Made by a program: the position numbers and the translations under genes. Below the pieces are notes generated by a model that saw only the letters and a list, made by a program, of their open reading frames with translations, was not told where the DNA came from and did not search any database. DNA of 64,000 nt from NCBI GenBank assembly GCA_048538215.1, contig JBLYPV010000001.1, forward strand, positions 467,850 to 531,849, in the 5' to 3' direction. Positions 25,684 through 36,660 of the stretch are shown in pieces; positions within the stretch are counted from its first letter, which is position 1; the number at the start of each line of letters is the position of its first letter. Source of the DNA: Patescibacteria group bacterium (lineage in GTDB: Bacteria; Patescibacteriota; Minisyncoccia; Phycocordibacterales; GCA-2747955).

Positions 25684-28236
25684 ATGGCAAAAAAACAAAA
25701 AAAATCACATCGAGCTATGCATACACTTGGCAAAATTGCCTTTGGTGTTCTTATCCTTTTTTTCATAAGTGGAGGATTATTTTTTGTGTGGGTAGCTACC
25801 TTGGAGATTCCAGAAGGCAACATTGATGACCGTATAGTAGCCCAATCCACTAAAATTTATGATTCAAGTGGTGAAGTATTGCTCTATGATGTGTTTGGTG
25901 AACAACGAAGGACAGTCGTGCCACTTGAGGAAATTTCTCTAGAAATGCGTCTTGCTATTATTGCTACCGAAGACGATTCATTTTATGAACATAGCGGAGT
26001 GCGTCCACTAGCGGTACTTCGTGCTGTTTACTACAAGCTCCGCAATCCTGAAAGTCGCCTGCAAGGAGGGTCTACCATTACCCAGCAGGTAATTAAGAAT
26101 GCTTTACTTACAAATGACAGAAAAATCGAGCGTAAGGTGAAGGAGTGGGTTTTAGCGTGGCGACTTGAAAATAAAAAAAGTAAAGATGAAATTCTTGAGA
26201 TCTATCTCAACGAGATTCCTTTTGGAGGTCCAGTGTATGGGGTAGAGCAGGCGGCTCGATCTTTCTATGGCAAAAAGGCGAGCGAGCTTTCGGTAGCAGA
26301 ATCAGCCTATCTCGCTGCTCTACCAAAAGCTCCTACTACCTATTTGAATAATCGTGAAAAGCTCGTGGGGCGTGCCAATTATATTATGCGCCGAATGTAT
26401 GATCTTGGTTTTATTTCGTCTCAGGCATACGAAGAGGCGAGAGGGGAAGAAGTCAATTTTATTGAGCAGGTGGATAAGGGTATCAAGGCTCCACATTTTG
26501 TTTTCTATACACTCGAGCGTTTGCAGGAAGAAGTAGATTCAGAGGTAAAAGATTTTACTCGAGGGGGCTATAAAATTTATACAACGCTTAATTGGGAATT
26601 ACAACAAGAGGTAGAGGAAGTGGTAGAGCGCCAGGCCAAACGAGTAGCAGAAAATTATCGGGCTTCGAATGTAGCGGTGGTCGTACTTGAGAATAAAACA
26701 GGCAAGATTCGCGCCATGGTAGGGTCAAAAGATTATTTTGCTGAAGATATTGATGGCAAATTCAATATCACTACTGCCCTGCGTCAGCCGGGGTCTACCT
26801 TTAAGCCCTTTGTATATGCAGCTGCTTTTACCAAAGGATATCTACCCCAAACAGTACTTTGGGATGCGCCTACCGAATTTTCCCAAGCTTGCTTTCCTGA
26901 CGGGGAGCCTAAGAGTGGATCTAATGCTCGTGATTGCTATGCGCCACAAAATTATGATAAAAGATTTCGTGGGCCGGTTGACTTACGAAGTGCTTTGGCA
27001 CAGTCGCTTAATTTACCAGCGGTCAAGCTTTTATATCTCGTAGGAGTATCTGATGCAATGAATTTTGCTAAATCACTTGGCATTTCAAGCTTGAATAAAA
27101 GCCCAAGCTTTTATGGCCTCAATTTAGTGCTTGGTGGAGGAGAGGTGCGGATGATTGATATGGCACAAGCGTACAGTACCTTTGGTAATGATGGAACAAG
27201 ACTGGAGACTGCCTCTTGGGAAGAGCTACAATCCAAAACAGGAGAGATCCTTAGTGAATACGAGGCAAAAAAATCACAGGTGATTGATACACAGACTGCT
27301 CGAATGATCAATGATATTCTTTCTGATAACGCTGCGAAGATGCCTATGTTTGGAGTCAATTCTTCTTTGTACTACAACAATTATGACGTGGCGGTAAAAA
27401 CAGGTACAACTAACAATTATCAAGATGTTTGGACGGCAGGATACTCAAGTGATGTCACCGTAGTAGTGTGGGCAGGGAATAATGACAACACCCCGCTAGC
27501 TCAAAGTCCCTCCTCTAGTGTAGTCGGGCCATTTTGGCGAGAGGTAATGGATGTTGCTTTACAACACTACAGCAACAAGCCTTTTGTTGCACCGAATCCA
27601 GTAAATCTAGAAGAATATAAGCCAATCTTGCGAGGCGATTACCAGAGTACTGCTCTTGAGTATCTTGATCCAGATACAGGAGAAGTGATAGAAAATCCTG
27701 ACCCAAATGACTTAGATTCCTATAGTATGCGTCGTAAATATCATTCGATATTGCATTATGTAAAGAGACAAGATGTACGAGGAGAAATGCCGACGAGCGA
27801 CGAGCGGGATGGTTTATACAAGTATTTTGAATATGGTGTCCAGAAATGGACAACAGAGAATGGCTGGAGTGAGGCTATTATCAGCCCTCCAGGAGGAGGA
27901 GGAGGTGATCACTCTGGAGATAATTCTTCAGATGATCAAGAGCCAGCTGAGCCAGATTTTAATTTCTCTATCAAGAAGCCAGAAGCAGGAAAGCGTTTTG
28001 ATGTAAATGAAACTATTAAAGTCGAGCTCGCTACCCTTGGGAATACTCGTAAAATTGATCGCATTTATTACTACCTCAATAATACCTACCTAGGATCGGG
28101 AGGTAGTCGTATCACTGAATACAGCTTTCGCCTAAGTGACGCACGACGCACACAGGAGATTAATACACTCAAGGTAATAGTAGAAACAGACAAGGGAGAG
28201 CGTATTACCCAGACGAGAGAGATTATTGCCCGCTAA
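25684..28236 (+). CDS. Class A penicillin-binding protein (PBP1A family) with C-terminal Ig-like domain
   Basis: TEDDSFYEH, GGSTITQQ, RKVKE, YLN; transpeptidase STFK, SLN, KTG. Confidence 0.95.
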   Translation: MAKKQKKSHRAMHTLGKIAFGVLILFFISGGLFFVWVATLEIPEGNIDDRIVAQSTKIYDSSGEVLLYDVFGEQRRTVVPLEEISLEMRLAIIATEDDSFYEHSGVRPLAVLRAVYYKLRNPESRLQGGSTITQQVIKNALLTNDRKIERKVKEWVLAWRLENKKSKDEILEIYLNEIPFGGPVYGVEQAARSFYGKKASELSVAESAYLAALPKAPTTYLNNREKLVGRANYIMRRMYDLGFISSQAYEEARGEEVNFIEQVDKGIKAPHFVFYTLERLQEEVDSEVKDFTRGGYKIYTTLNWELQQEVEEVVERQAKRVAENYRASNVAVVVLENKTGKIRAMVGSKDYFAEDIDGKFNITTALRQPGSTFKPFVYAAAFTKGYLPQTVLWDAPTEFSQACFPDGEPKSGSNARDCYAPQNYDKRFRGPVDLRSALAQSLNLPAVKLLYLVGVSDAMNFAKSLGISSLNKSPSFYGLNLVLGGGEVRMIDMAQAYSTFGNDGTRLETASWEELQSKTGEILSEYEAKKSQVIDTQTARMINDILSDNAAKMPMFGVNSSLYYNNYDVAVKTGTTNNYQDVWTAGYSSDVTVVVWAGNNDNTPLAQSPSSSVVGPFWREVMDVALQHYSNKPFVAPNPVNLEEYKPILRGDYQSTALEYLDPDTGEVIENPDPNDLDSYSMRRKYHSILHYVKRQDVRGEMPTSDERDGLYKYFEYGVQKWTTENGWSEAIISPPGGGGGDHSGDNSSDDQEPAEPDFNFSIKKPEAGKRFDVNETIKVELATLGNTRKIDRIYYYLNNTYLGSGGSRITEYSFRLSDARRTQEINTLKVIVETDKGERITQTREIIAR

Positions 28237-28275
28237 TACAAAAAGCTTCTGTGCCTACAGAAGCTTTTTGTATTA
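28234..28275. terminator. Bidirectional terminator between convergent PBP and clpB genes
   Basis: TAATACAAAAAGCTTCTGT-GCCT-ACAGAAGCTTTTTGTATTA. Confidence 0.7.
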
Positions 28276-28294
28276 AGCAATAGGAGAGCAGAAG

Positions 28295-30421
28295 CTAGGC
28301 TTGAGAGAATACTATTGTATCCTGGTCAAGATCGACTTGGAGGGTAGAGCCTAATTCATTTTCATCAGTATCAAGTAGATAGTCGGCCAAATTATCGAGA
28401 ATATATCTATCTACCGCTCGCTTGAGTGGACGAGCCCCAAAGGCAGGGTCATAGCCTTTTTCAAGTAGAAAATCTTTAACAGCGGGGCTTATTTCTAAGG
28501 TGATACCTTTCTCTTTTTTAATTAAGCTAATAATGTCTCTAATAGCGTAATCTACGATAGTGGAGAGTTGCTCACGGCTGATACGGTGAAAGACGATAAT
28601 ATCATCGAGTCGATTAAGAAATTCTGGACGGAAGTATTCGAAGGCTTTTGCGCGTGCCTTTTCTTCGTCATTGTCTGTCAGAAGCTCTTCGCTACCAAGA
28701 TTGGAAGTCATAATGATAATAGTGTGAGAAAAATCTACCGTACGACCTTGGCTGTCGGTAAGGCGACCATCATCCAAAACTTGGAGCAAAACATTAAAGA
28801 CATCAGAGTGGGCTTTTTCTATCTCATCGAGCAAGATCACACTATAGGGGCGACGGCGTACAGGCTCTGTAAGCTGGCCACCTTCCTCATAGCCTACATA
28901 GCCAGGAGGGGCACCCAGTAGACGACTAACAGCATGACGCTCCATATACTCACTCATATCTATTCGCACCATAGCTTGCTCATCGTTGAATAGTTCGAAG
29001 GCAAGAGTACGGGCGAGCTCTGTCTTTCCTACCCCAGTCGGGCCGAGAAAAAGAAAGCTACCGATAGGCTTGCGACCTTCTTTGAGCCCCATACGCGAAC
29101 GGCGAATAGCCCTGCTCACCGCTTCTACTGCTTTGTCTTGCCCCACAACTCGCCGGTGCATTGCCTGTTCTAAATCGCGAAGCTTTTCTTGGTCACTTGC
29201 AAGCAGGCGACTCGTAGGAATACCTGTCCAGCGCTCGACTACTCCAGCAATGTCTTCAGCAGTAACAGAGAGTCGAATAAGACGATTCTCTTGAGGAATT
29301 TTATCGAGTGTTTGCTCAGCGCTTTGAAGAGATTTTTGTGCTTCAGGAATATCTTTGTATTGTAGTCGAGCTGCTTGCTCGTAATCGGCTTCGCGCTGAG
29401 CTTTTTCCATCTCTTGTTGTAGCTCTTCTAATCGTTGAGCTGATTGTTTCACCTGGGCAATTAAATCTTGTTCGTATTGCCATTTCTTTTTAACTTCCTC
29501 ATATTCTGTTTTGAGCGTATCAAGCTCAGCTTCTACTTCGGCTAATTTTTCTTTACTACTCGCATCCTTTTCTTTTTTTAATACTCGAGATTCAATCTCA
29601 AGTCGAGTAATTTGTCGATTAGTTTGATCAAGCTCGACGGGCATACTCTCCATTTCCATTTTGAGCATAGAAGTGGCTTCATCCACGAGATCGATAGCTT
29701 TATCAGGGAGATTACGATCACTAATATAGCGAGAAGACATTTCTACTGCAGCACTGAGTGCTCCATCGGTAATTTGTACTCCATGATGGAGCTCGTATTT
29801 TTCTTTGAGTCCACGCAAAATAGCAAGTGCGTCTGCTTCGGATGGCTCGCTTACAAATACCGGCTGGAAACGACGCTCGAGAGCGGCATCTTTTTCTATA
29901 TATTTACGATACTCTTCGAGAGTAGTAGCTCCAATCAAGCGAAGCTTGCCACGAGCCAAAAGGGGCTTGAGTAGATTGCCTGCATCTATTGATCCTTCTC
30001 CTTTGCCAGCACTCGTGATGGTATGGAGCTCATCGATAAAAAGAATAATTTGTCCATCCGAATCTTCTACCTCTTTGAGAATACTTTTTAAGCGCTCTTC
30101 AAACTGTCCTTTAAAAGATGCTCCCGCTACAAGTGCTCCTACTTCGACACTTATAATTCGCTTGTCCTTGAGGGATTCAGGCACATCACCTTTGGCAATG
30201 CGTTGGGCCAAGCCTTCCACCAGAGCGGTCTTTCCTACCCCTGGCTCTCCAATGAGTACAGGATTATTCTTGGTACGACGCAAAAGGACTTGGGTGAGCC
30301 GGCGTACCTCACTGTCTCTACCAATTACTGGATCAAGAGCACCATCACGAGCTTGGGCTGTGATATCTTGCCCAAATTGCTCGAGGGGATTTTGATTGGA
30401 TTGTTCGTTGGGGTACTGCAT
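28295..30421 (-). CDS. clpB: ClpB chaperone lacking the N-terminal domain
   Basis: [26 protein letters not shown], coiled-coil M domain, [22 protein letters not shown]. Confidence 0.92.
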   Translation of the reverse strand: MQYPNEQSNQNPLEQFGQDITAQARDGALDPVIGRDSEVRRLTQVLLRRTKNNPVLIGEPGVGKTALVEGLAQRIAKGDVPESLKDKRIISVEVGALVAGASFKGQFEERLKSILKEVEDSDGQIILFIDELHTITSAGKGEGSIDAGNLLKPLLARGKLRLIGATTLEEYRKYIEKDAALERRFQPVFVSEPSEADALAILRGLKEKYELHHGVQITDGALSAAVEMSSRYISDRNLPDKAIDLVDEATSMLKMEMESMPVELDQTNRQITRLEIESRVLKKEKDASSKEKLAEVEAELDTLKTEYEEVKKKWQYEQDLIAQVKQSAQRLEELQQEMEKAQREADYEQAARLQYKDIPEAQKSLQSAEQTLDKIPQENRLIRLSVTAEDIAGVVERWTGIPTSRLLASDQEKLRDLEQAMHRRVVGQDKAVEAVSRAIRRSRMGLKEGRKPIGSFLFLGPTGVGKTELARTLAFELFNDEQAMVRIDMSEYMERHAVSRLLGAPPGYVGYEEGGQLTEPVRRRPYSVILLDEIEKAHSDVFNVLLQVLDDGRLTDSQGRTVDFSHTIIIMTSNLGSEELLTDNDEEKARAKAFEYFRPEFLNRLDDIIVFHRISREQLSTIVDYAIRDIISLIKKEKGITLEISPAVKDFLLEKGYDPAFGARPLKRAVDRYILDNLADYLLDTDENELGSTLQVDLDQDTIVFSQA

Positions 30422-30512
30422 AGTATTTGAGATTAGCTAATATATGTATTCATTATAATACAAATATATAGCAAATTTAATGATAGAAAAAAGTATGCTA
30501 CTATATACATAT

Positions 30513-30998
30513 ATGAAAAATATTGTAATGATAATTGTGGTGCTTTTAGTAGGGGTAGGGCTGGTCTACTATTTTGGTGAAAATAAGACAGGAGATAATA
30601 AAGAGGGAGAAGATCTACAAAGTAGTATCGCCCCTCTTTATGCCTATGTATGGCAATGGCAGGAGAGTAGATTAGATGGAGGTGAGATAGTTCGAGCAAG
30701 TGATCCATCTCAATTCGAGCTACGATTTTTAGAAGATAATCGCTTTACCTCAAGCACCGATTGTAATATCTTTACAGGGAATTATGCTATAGAAAATGGC
30801 ACAGAGCTTGGCTTGAGTGAAATTGCTAGTACCAAGATGGCATGCCCAGAAGAAAGCTTGGAGCAAGATTATGCCAATCTCTTGGCCCTCACAGAGAGTT
30901 TTACGGTGACTACCCCTGAAGGAGAAGAGAGTGAGGAGCCAATGCTCGAATTGAATCAAGAAAATAGTAAAATGATATTTATAGGAGTAGCGCAATAG
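30513..30998 (+). CDS. META-domain (HslJ-like) membrane-anchored protein
   Basis: TDCNIFTGNY and ASTKMAC motifs after an N-terminal TM helix. Confidence 0.85.
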   Translation: MKNIVMIIVVLLVGVGLVYYFGENKTGDNKEGEDLQSSIAPLYAYVWQWQESRLDGGEIVRASDPSQFELRFLEDNRFTSSTDCNIFTGNYAIENGTELGLSEIASTKMACPEESLEQDYANLLALTESFTVTTPEGEESEEPMLELNQENSKMIFIGVAQ

Positions 30999-31050
30999 CT
31001 AGATATATATAAATAAAAAATTCTCTTTTAAAGAGAATTTTTTATTTTAG

Positions 31051-31123
31051 TCCCCCCGCTAGGATTCGAACCTAGGACCGTCAGCTTAAAAGGCTGCTGC
31101 TCTACCGACTGAGCTACAAGGGG
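31051..31123 (-). tRNA. tRNA-Lys(TTT), CCA not encoded
   Basis: CCCCTTG/CGGGGGG acceptor stem, TAGCTCAGTCGGTAGAGC D-arm, loop CTTTTAA, GTTCGAATC. Confidence 0.94.
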
Positions 31124-31392
31124 ATACCTGGTTTATACTGTACAAACTTGTCGTTATTTACCGACGGTCAGGACCGCCAGCTACTATCATCTTAATTGGG
31201 CTGCTCTTCTACCGACCCGCGCTACAAGGGGATACCTGGTTTATACTGTACAAACTTGTCGTTATTTACCGACGGTCAGGACCGCCAGCTACTATCATCT
31301 TAATTGGGCTGCTCTTCTACCGACCCGCACGACGAGAGGATACCTGGTCTGCACTATACTAATTTGTCGTTGTTTGCTGATAGTCCGACCGC
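31113..31392. repeat. 108-bp tandem repeat: two identical units plus one degenerate partial unit
   Basis: 31113-31220 is identical to 31221-31328; a third decayed copy follows. Confidence 0.9.
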
Positions 31393-31703
31393 GAGTGAGC
31401 ATCATTTTTCTGATAATGCCAATCCTCGCTCGCCGATTGTACCAATATTTTGCTCTATTGCAACGCTTGGCGCAGTCTACATAGCTCTTATTGTCATATG
31501 ATCGGAATATTTGAGAGCGAACCCTTGGATGTTTAATAAAAGCTTTGAGAATAAAATACTATGAATAAACATAGATGTAAATATAGGGAGTGTGCAGTGA
31601 ATATTTCTTAGTTGTGTCTAGAATAATTCGCGTTATTATGAGTAAAGTAAGAAGTACACTATAGTATGGTGTGTTTACTTATTAATATATATAACAAATA
31701 ACT

Positions 31704-32534
31704 ATGAAATATCTGATAGCAAGTAGTATGGCATTCTTGTTGATGGTTGGATTTGTGGCTGGACAAGAGCCAGAGGCAAATGAGCAGGTGGCTTCTGATC
31801 GTCAAACACGAGAGCTACATCGCCAAGAAGCGCGGGCTGAGCGCCAAGATACAAAGGCTAAATTACAAAATGAGCGTCGAGCTAATCTAGCCGAAGAGCA
31901 AGAAGTACGCAAAAAAATTAAATTAGAGCATCAAGAGTTTAAATCACAGGTAGCGAGTGAGCGGACAGAGCTACAACGAGCGTTTAAACAAGCCAGCACA
32001 AGTGAAGAAAAAGAGGCCTTGCGGGCTGATGCTCAACTTGCCCGAGAGAAGTGGCAAGCAGAGCGTGAAGTATTACGCAAAGAGCGTCAAGATTCTTTCA
32101 AGAATACACTTAGAGCACGAGCACAAGGGCTTGATCGAGCATTTACTAATGCGCATGAGAGAGGAAAAGATGCTATCGAGCGTTTGGATAATCACCTAGA
32201 TACAATAGCTAATAAGGGTGTGGATACAAATGAGGCACAAGAAGTATTAGACACTGCCAAGGAAAATCTTGAATCTGCATACACTCAAGCAAATGAGGCA
32301 CTTAGCCAATTACAAGATCTAAATTATGATGCAGGCCCAGAGAGCTTGCGTAATAGTTTTGATGAATCACGAGAAAGTCTCAGGCTTGCTCGAGAAGCAA
32401 TGAAGGCATCTTTTGAAGAAATCAAAAAAGCAGCTGAGGTAGCCAAAGAAGCGATACGGCAATATCGAGAAGAAATGAAAGTCAGAGCTCAAAATAGAGC
32501 TAGTGAAGTAGAAGAGGAGGGTGATTCTGAGTAA
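31704..32534 (+). CDS. Secreted coiled-coil protein
   Basis: Signal peptide followed by E/R/A/Q-rich helical sequence. Confidence 0.75.
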   Translation: MKYLIASSMAFLLMVGFVAGQEPEANEQVASDRQTRELHRQEARAERQDTKAKLQNERRANLAEEQEVRKKIKLEHQEFKSQVASERTELQRAFKQASTSEEKEALRADAQLAREKWQAEREVLRKERQDSFKNTLRARAQGLDRAFTNAHERGKDAIERLDNHLDTIANKGVDTNEAQEVLDTAKENLESAYTQANEALSQLQDLNYDAGPESLRNSFDESRESLRLAREAMKASFEEIKKAAEVAKEAIRQYREEMKVRAQNRASEVEEEGDSE

Positions 32535-32562
32535 TATATTATTAATTAATACATCATCATTT

Positions 32563-32835
32563 ATGAATAAACAAACAGCTACATATAATTCTGGTAATAT
32601 CTTCGTTATCATTATTGTCATTATCGCACTCGCCATTTCAGGGTATTTTATTTATCAGCAAATAGCACCCACTTTTATAACACAAGATGAAGATCCAGAG
32701 ACAAATGATTTTGATATGTTAGTGGATGATTTGGATCTTGATTTTAATCAGGAGATTGATATGTCAGCATTCGATGAGCTAGAAGCTGATTTACAGGCAC
32801 TTGAGGAGCTCGATACTATCGAAATAGAGATATAA
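32563..32835 (+). CDS. Small membrane protein with acidic tail
   Basis: One TM helix (SGNIFVIIIVIIALAISGYF) and D/E-rich C-terminus. Confidence 0.6.
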   Translation: MNKQTATYNSGNIFVIIIVIIALAISGYFIYQQIAPTFITQDEDPETNDFDMLVDDLDLDFNQEIDMSAFDELEADLQALEELDTIEIEI

Positions 32836-32910
32836 GTTGGTGATTGGAGAGGGAGAGGGTACAATGGGATTGCAAAAAGAGTTTTTTAGCAATGATAAGA
32901 TAATATAATT

Positions 32911-33969
32911 ATGGATGCCATATACAGTAATATTAAAATAGAAAAAAAAGAGCAATCCACTCTAGAAATTAGCGGTAGTATTGCCTGGGACAATTTATCG
33001 TCATATTATAAAAAAGAATTAGAGAGACTTTCAAAGCAGGTAGAAATTGATGGTTTTCGTAAGGGCACTGCTCCGCAAGAGATAGTAGAAAAAGAGCTGG
33101 GTGAGATGCGTATTATGCAAGAAGCGGCCCAAAGTGCTTTAGGGGATGCATATCCAAGCATAGTCTTACAAGAAAAGCTCGCAATAATCGGCTACCCACA
33201 AATTCAAATTACCAAGCTTGCCCGTGGAGATGATTTAGAGTTTAAAATTACTACTGCTATTATGCCCGAGCTTAGGCTTGGAGATTATAAAGCAATTGCA
33301 GCTTCAAAAAATACCGAAGAGCTTACCGCCCAAGTGACTGACGAAGAATTTAATCAATCAGTAGAGCAGTTGCGTACTATGTATGCACATTCGGCTGAGG
33401 GGGCAGTAGATACCGGCAAGGGAGATCCAGATAGTATGCCTGATGTACCAGAGCTATCTGATGAATTTGTACAGAAAATTGGCAATTATTCAGACGTGGA
33501 AGATTTTAAGACTCGTTTTCGAGAAGAGCTACGAGATCGCAAATTGCAGGATGCTCGCGCCAAACGAAGAGAAGAGATTATTAATGAAATTGTCTCACAA
33601 TCACAATTTGATTTACCTGAGGTTTTAGTGGAGTCGGAGAAGGATAAAATGTTGGCACACATTAAGGATGATATTACCCGAATGGGGCTCGAGTATAGTG
33701 CTTGGTTGGAGCATTCAGGCAAGAGCGAGGAGGATATGCGTGGAGAAATGCATCCCGACGCCGAAGCTCGAGCTAGGGCAGATATCGTTCTCAAAGAAAT
33801 TGCTCGTTTAGAGAATATTAGCCCTGATGAAGAGAAAGTAAAGTCACAAATTTCGGCTATCAAAGAGGTGCACAAGGATGTTTCAGAAGAACAGATCCGT
33901 GCCTATGTAGAAAACATTTATCTCAATGAAGCGGTCCTAGTCTTCCTTGAAGGGCAAAAAAAATCATAG
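32911..33969 (+). CDS. tig: Trigger factor lacking the FKBP/PPIase domain
   Basis: IDGFRKGTAP ribosome-binding motif; 352 aa; joins directly to PELSDEF and the C-terminal domain. Confidence 0.9.
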   Translation: MDAIYSNIKIEKKEQSTLEISGSIAWDNLSSYYKKELERLSKQVEIDGFRKGTAPQEIVEKELGEMRIMQEAAQSALGDAYPSIVLQEKLAIIGYPQIQITKLARGDDLEFKITTAIMPELRLGDYKAIAASKNTEELTAQVTDEEFNQSVEQLRTMYAHSAEGAVDTGKGDPDSMPDVPELSDEFVQKIGNYSDVEDFKTRFREELRDRKLQDARAKRREEIINEIVSQSQFDLPEVLVESEKDKMLAHIKDDITRMGLEYSAWLEHSGKSEEDMRGEMHPDAEARARADIVLKEIARLENISPDEEKVKSQISAIKEVHKDVSEEQIRAYVENIYLNEAVLVFLEGQKKS

Positions 33970-34008
33970 GAAATGTGGATTGCTCTGTGGATATGTTATT
34001 AACTACTT

Positions 34009-34039
34009 GAAAAAGCCGGGCATATGCCCGGCTTTTTCT
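34009..34039 (+). terminator. Rho-independent terminator after tig
   Basis: GAAAAAGCCGGGCAT|ATGCCCGGCTTTTTC. Confidence 0.7.
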
Positions 34040-34201
34040 TGTTTGTGCTATAAATTAGCAAAAAACCGGATATTTCTCCGCTCAAATGAGTATTTTTACA
34101 TTCAAACCATACTTTTGATACTATGTAAAATAATCGTTATAATTCATAGGAAATTAGTAGGTTTAGCAGTTATGGTCAATATGGTAAGTAAATGAAATTA
34201 T

Positions 34202-35263
34202 ATGATGACAATTTTACAAGAAGTAAAGATAGCCCGGGTAGTGTTGGGGATTATCTTGAGCGTTGCCATCTCTATTCCCGGCTTTGTGAGCGCTAGCGAG
34301 TGTCGCAATGATCAGATACTCTCTTATAGTATCAATCCCGGAGAGCGAGTAGAATCCTTTCAAGGATTTTATTACGATGTATCGGCAGATACCGATCCGG
34401 ATAGCTTAGGAGTAGAGGTCAATGGCGCACAACAGCCATTGGTATACGCAGAGAAAGAAGAGGGAGGATATACAGCGATTGTATTACTCGATCGCTATGT
34501 TGAAGGAGCCGTGTATGTTGATATATATGCAGAGGGACTCAGTGAGCAATCTTGTGATACACCTATTAGTACCTCGATAGTAGCAGGGCCATTCGATAAA
34601 TATGATGAGTATGGGGTAGCTCTCAGGGGTAGTTCGCAATCAAGTGATCAGGGGAGTCCTTCGTATACTCCACCGCGCACTGATAATAGTCAAACAAGTA
34701 CAAATGTAGGTAGTGACACCTCGAGCGACCAGGTGGTGCAAGCTCCTGATAATGACTCAGAGGGGGAGACAGATAGAGATGAGGGTCTTGCAGATATTGA
34801 TGGCCTTGACGAAGAAGCAGATACTCAGGCGACTACTAGCACAAGTAGCGATGATCAAATAGCCGATGGCGATACCACTCTTGGTGACGGGGCTAATCAA
34901 TCAGCTAGCTTGTGGGGAAGCATTAGCGCGATGCTAGGTGCTAGTGATTGTAATACCTTTGGGGCTTCTTGGCCTTGGTATGCTTGGCTGGGAATGATAT
35001 GGATGTATTTAGTAGCACTGTGGCTTGCCGTCACCTATTTTGTAGAGCCAGCAGTAGGGCAATCTGGGTACCGTACTCGCTTGACTTGGACTATGGGGCT
35101 CGGTACAGCACTTTCTGTAGGATTTTGGTACCTTGCTAATCCTTGCCTTACCCATCTTTGGGTAGCTATTGTCCTCTTTGGACTTGGGGCGCTACTTTAT
35201 TGGCTCTATAGTGAAGAAGATGATATTTCTGGCATTGTAATTGAAACAAAAGATGAATCCTAG
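34202..35263 (+). CDS. Surface protein: signal peptide, S/T/D-rich linker, three C-terminal TM helices
   Basis: Composition and hydrophobicity pattern. Confidence 0.7.
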   Translation: MMTILQEVKIARVVLGIILSVAISIPGFVSASECRNDQILSYSINPGERVESFQGFYYDVSADTDPDSLGVEVNGAQQPLVYAEKEEGGYTAIVLLDRYVEGAVYVDIYAEGLSEQSCDTPISTSIVAGPFDKYDEYGVALRGSSQSSDQGSPSYTPPRTDNSQTSTNVGSDTSSDQVVQAPDNDSEGETDRDEGLADIDGLDEEADTQATTSTSSDDQIADGDTTLGDGANQSASLWGSISAMLGASDCNTFGASWPWYAWLGMIWMYLVALWLAVTYFVEPAVGQSGYRTRLTWTMGLGTALSVGFWYLANPCLTHLWVAIVLFGLGALLYWLYSEEDDISGIVIETKDES

Positions 35264-35367
35264 ATAGGCATATTATTAGTATATTATTATAAATCCCCTA
35301 GAGTATCTCGCTCTAGGGGATTTTATTTGCTCATAATATTATGATTGCTCTATGCTATAATTTATTT

Positions 35368-36591
35368 ATGAAAACAAGAATTTTGATTGTGGGGGGTGGC
35401 TTTGCGGGAGTAAAGTGTGCACTCGAGCTACAAAAGAAAAATATTCCTAATCTCCATATTCGTTTGATATCTAGCAAAAGTAATTTTGAGTATCATGGAG
35501 CCTTGTATCGTTTGGTAGCAGGACGGTCTCCATTGGAAGTATGCCTCCCCTTGAGAGACATTTTGGATGAATCACGAGTGGATATTATCAAAGATACTGT
35601 TGTGGAGATAGATAAAGTTAATCGTGTGGCAGTAGGAGAGAGTGGTAGCACCTACCAGCATGACATACTAGTTTTGGCTCTTGGGGCAGAAACAGATTAC
35701 TTTGGTATTCAGGGTCTTGAAGAGCATGCTTGGTGTATGAAAACAATCGACGAAGCTCTAGCTCTTAAAAAGCATGTCAATACAGTATTGAATACTTGCC
35801 GAGAGCAGGCTACTTCGGGAGCACGCTTTGCGATAGTAGGGGCAGGACCTACTGGGGTAGAGCTAGCAGGAGAATTGGCATTTTATGCGCGTGCAAAAGC
35901 CAAGCAATGCGGGCTTGATAAAAAATTAGTAGAGATAGATCTTATCGAGCGCTCAGGTCGTATCTTGCCGGGTCTTGATGAAGCTTTTGCACAGAGAATT
36001 TCTCGCCGTTTGGAGAAAATAGGCGTACGACTTCGCACCAATTGCTCAGTAGCATCGGTAGATGCAGACACTATCCTTTGTGTGGGAGGGGATACCATAG
36101 CCAGTAGCACTACTATTTGGACTGCGGGGGTGCGTGCAAATCGCTTAGTAGATACCCTGGGAGTAGATCAGGGGAAATCAGGGCGTATTGTTGTCGATGA
36201 CAACCTTAAAATTCCTGGCTGGGATCATATATATGTGGCAGGGGATGTGGCAGACACACCATACAGCGGGACAGCACAAACAGCACTCAGTGACGGTCGC
36301 TATGTTGCTCGCTGTATAGAGATAGAAGAAAGTGACGAGCAGATAATGCTTCCAGATTATTACTCAGGAGCACCAGTTTATGCAATTCCAGTTGGCCCAC
36401 GCTGGGCAGGGGCACAGTGGGGGCGCTCACATTTCTATGGCTCTTTGGGATGGATGCTTCGTCGATTGGGAGATTGGAAAGTCTTTATTAATTTCCTCCC
36501 TCTATCAAAAGCTTTTGCCTCATTCCGCTCACACTACCACTCTCAGGGAGAAGATGGCGTAGCTTTGCAAAATAAATCTATAAATAATTAA
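35368..36591 (+). CDS. Type II NADH dehydrogenase-like FAD/NAD oxidoreductase
   Basis: IVGGGFAG, VGAGPTGVELAGE, WTAGV, YVAGD. Confidence 0.88.
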   Translation: MKTRILIVGGGFAGVKCALELQKKNIPNLHIRLISSKSNFEYHGALYRLVAGRSPLEVCLPLRDILDESRVDIIKDTVVEIDKVNRVAVGESGSTYQHDILVLALGAETDYFGIQGLEEHAWCMKTIDEALALKKHVNTVLNTCREQATSGARFAIVGAGPTGVELAGELAFYARAKAKQCGLDKKLVEIDLIERSGRILPGLDEAFAQRISRRLEKIGVRLRTNCSVASVDADTILCVGGDTIASSTTIWTAGVRANRLVDTLGVDQGKSGRIVVDDNLKIPGWDHIYVAGDVADTPYSGTAQTALSDGRYVARCIEIEESDEQIMLPDYYSGAPVYAIPVGPRWAGAQWGRSHFYGSLGWMLRRLGDWKVFINFLPLSKAFASFRSHYHSQGEDGVALQNKSINN

Positions 36592-36660
36592 GCTTCTTAG
36601 GACTTTCTTAAGAGGGTTTGGCTTAACAACAAAATCCCGAGTATTGTTGGGTATTTACTT

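Noticed and set aside
31113-31392. CRISPR array or prophage att site
   Set aside because: The units are identical with no unique spacers, they duplicate the tRNA 5' side, and no integrase is nearby.
31304-31501. 65-aa ORF
   Set aside because: It starts inside the tandem repeat and has no recognisable features.
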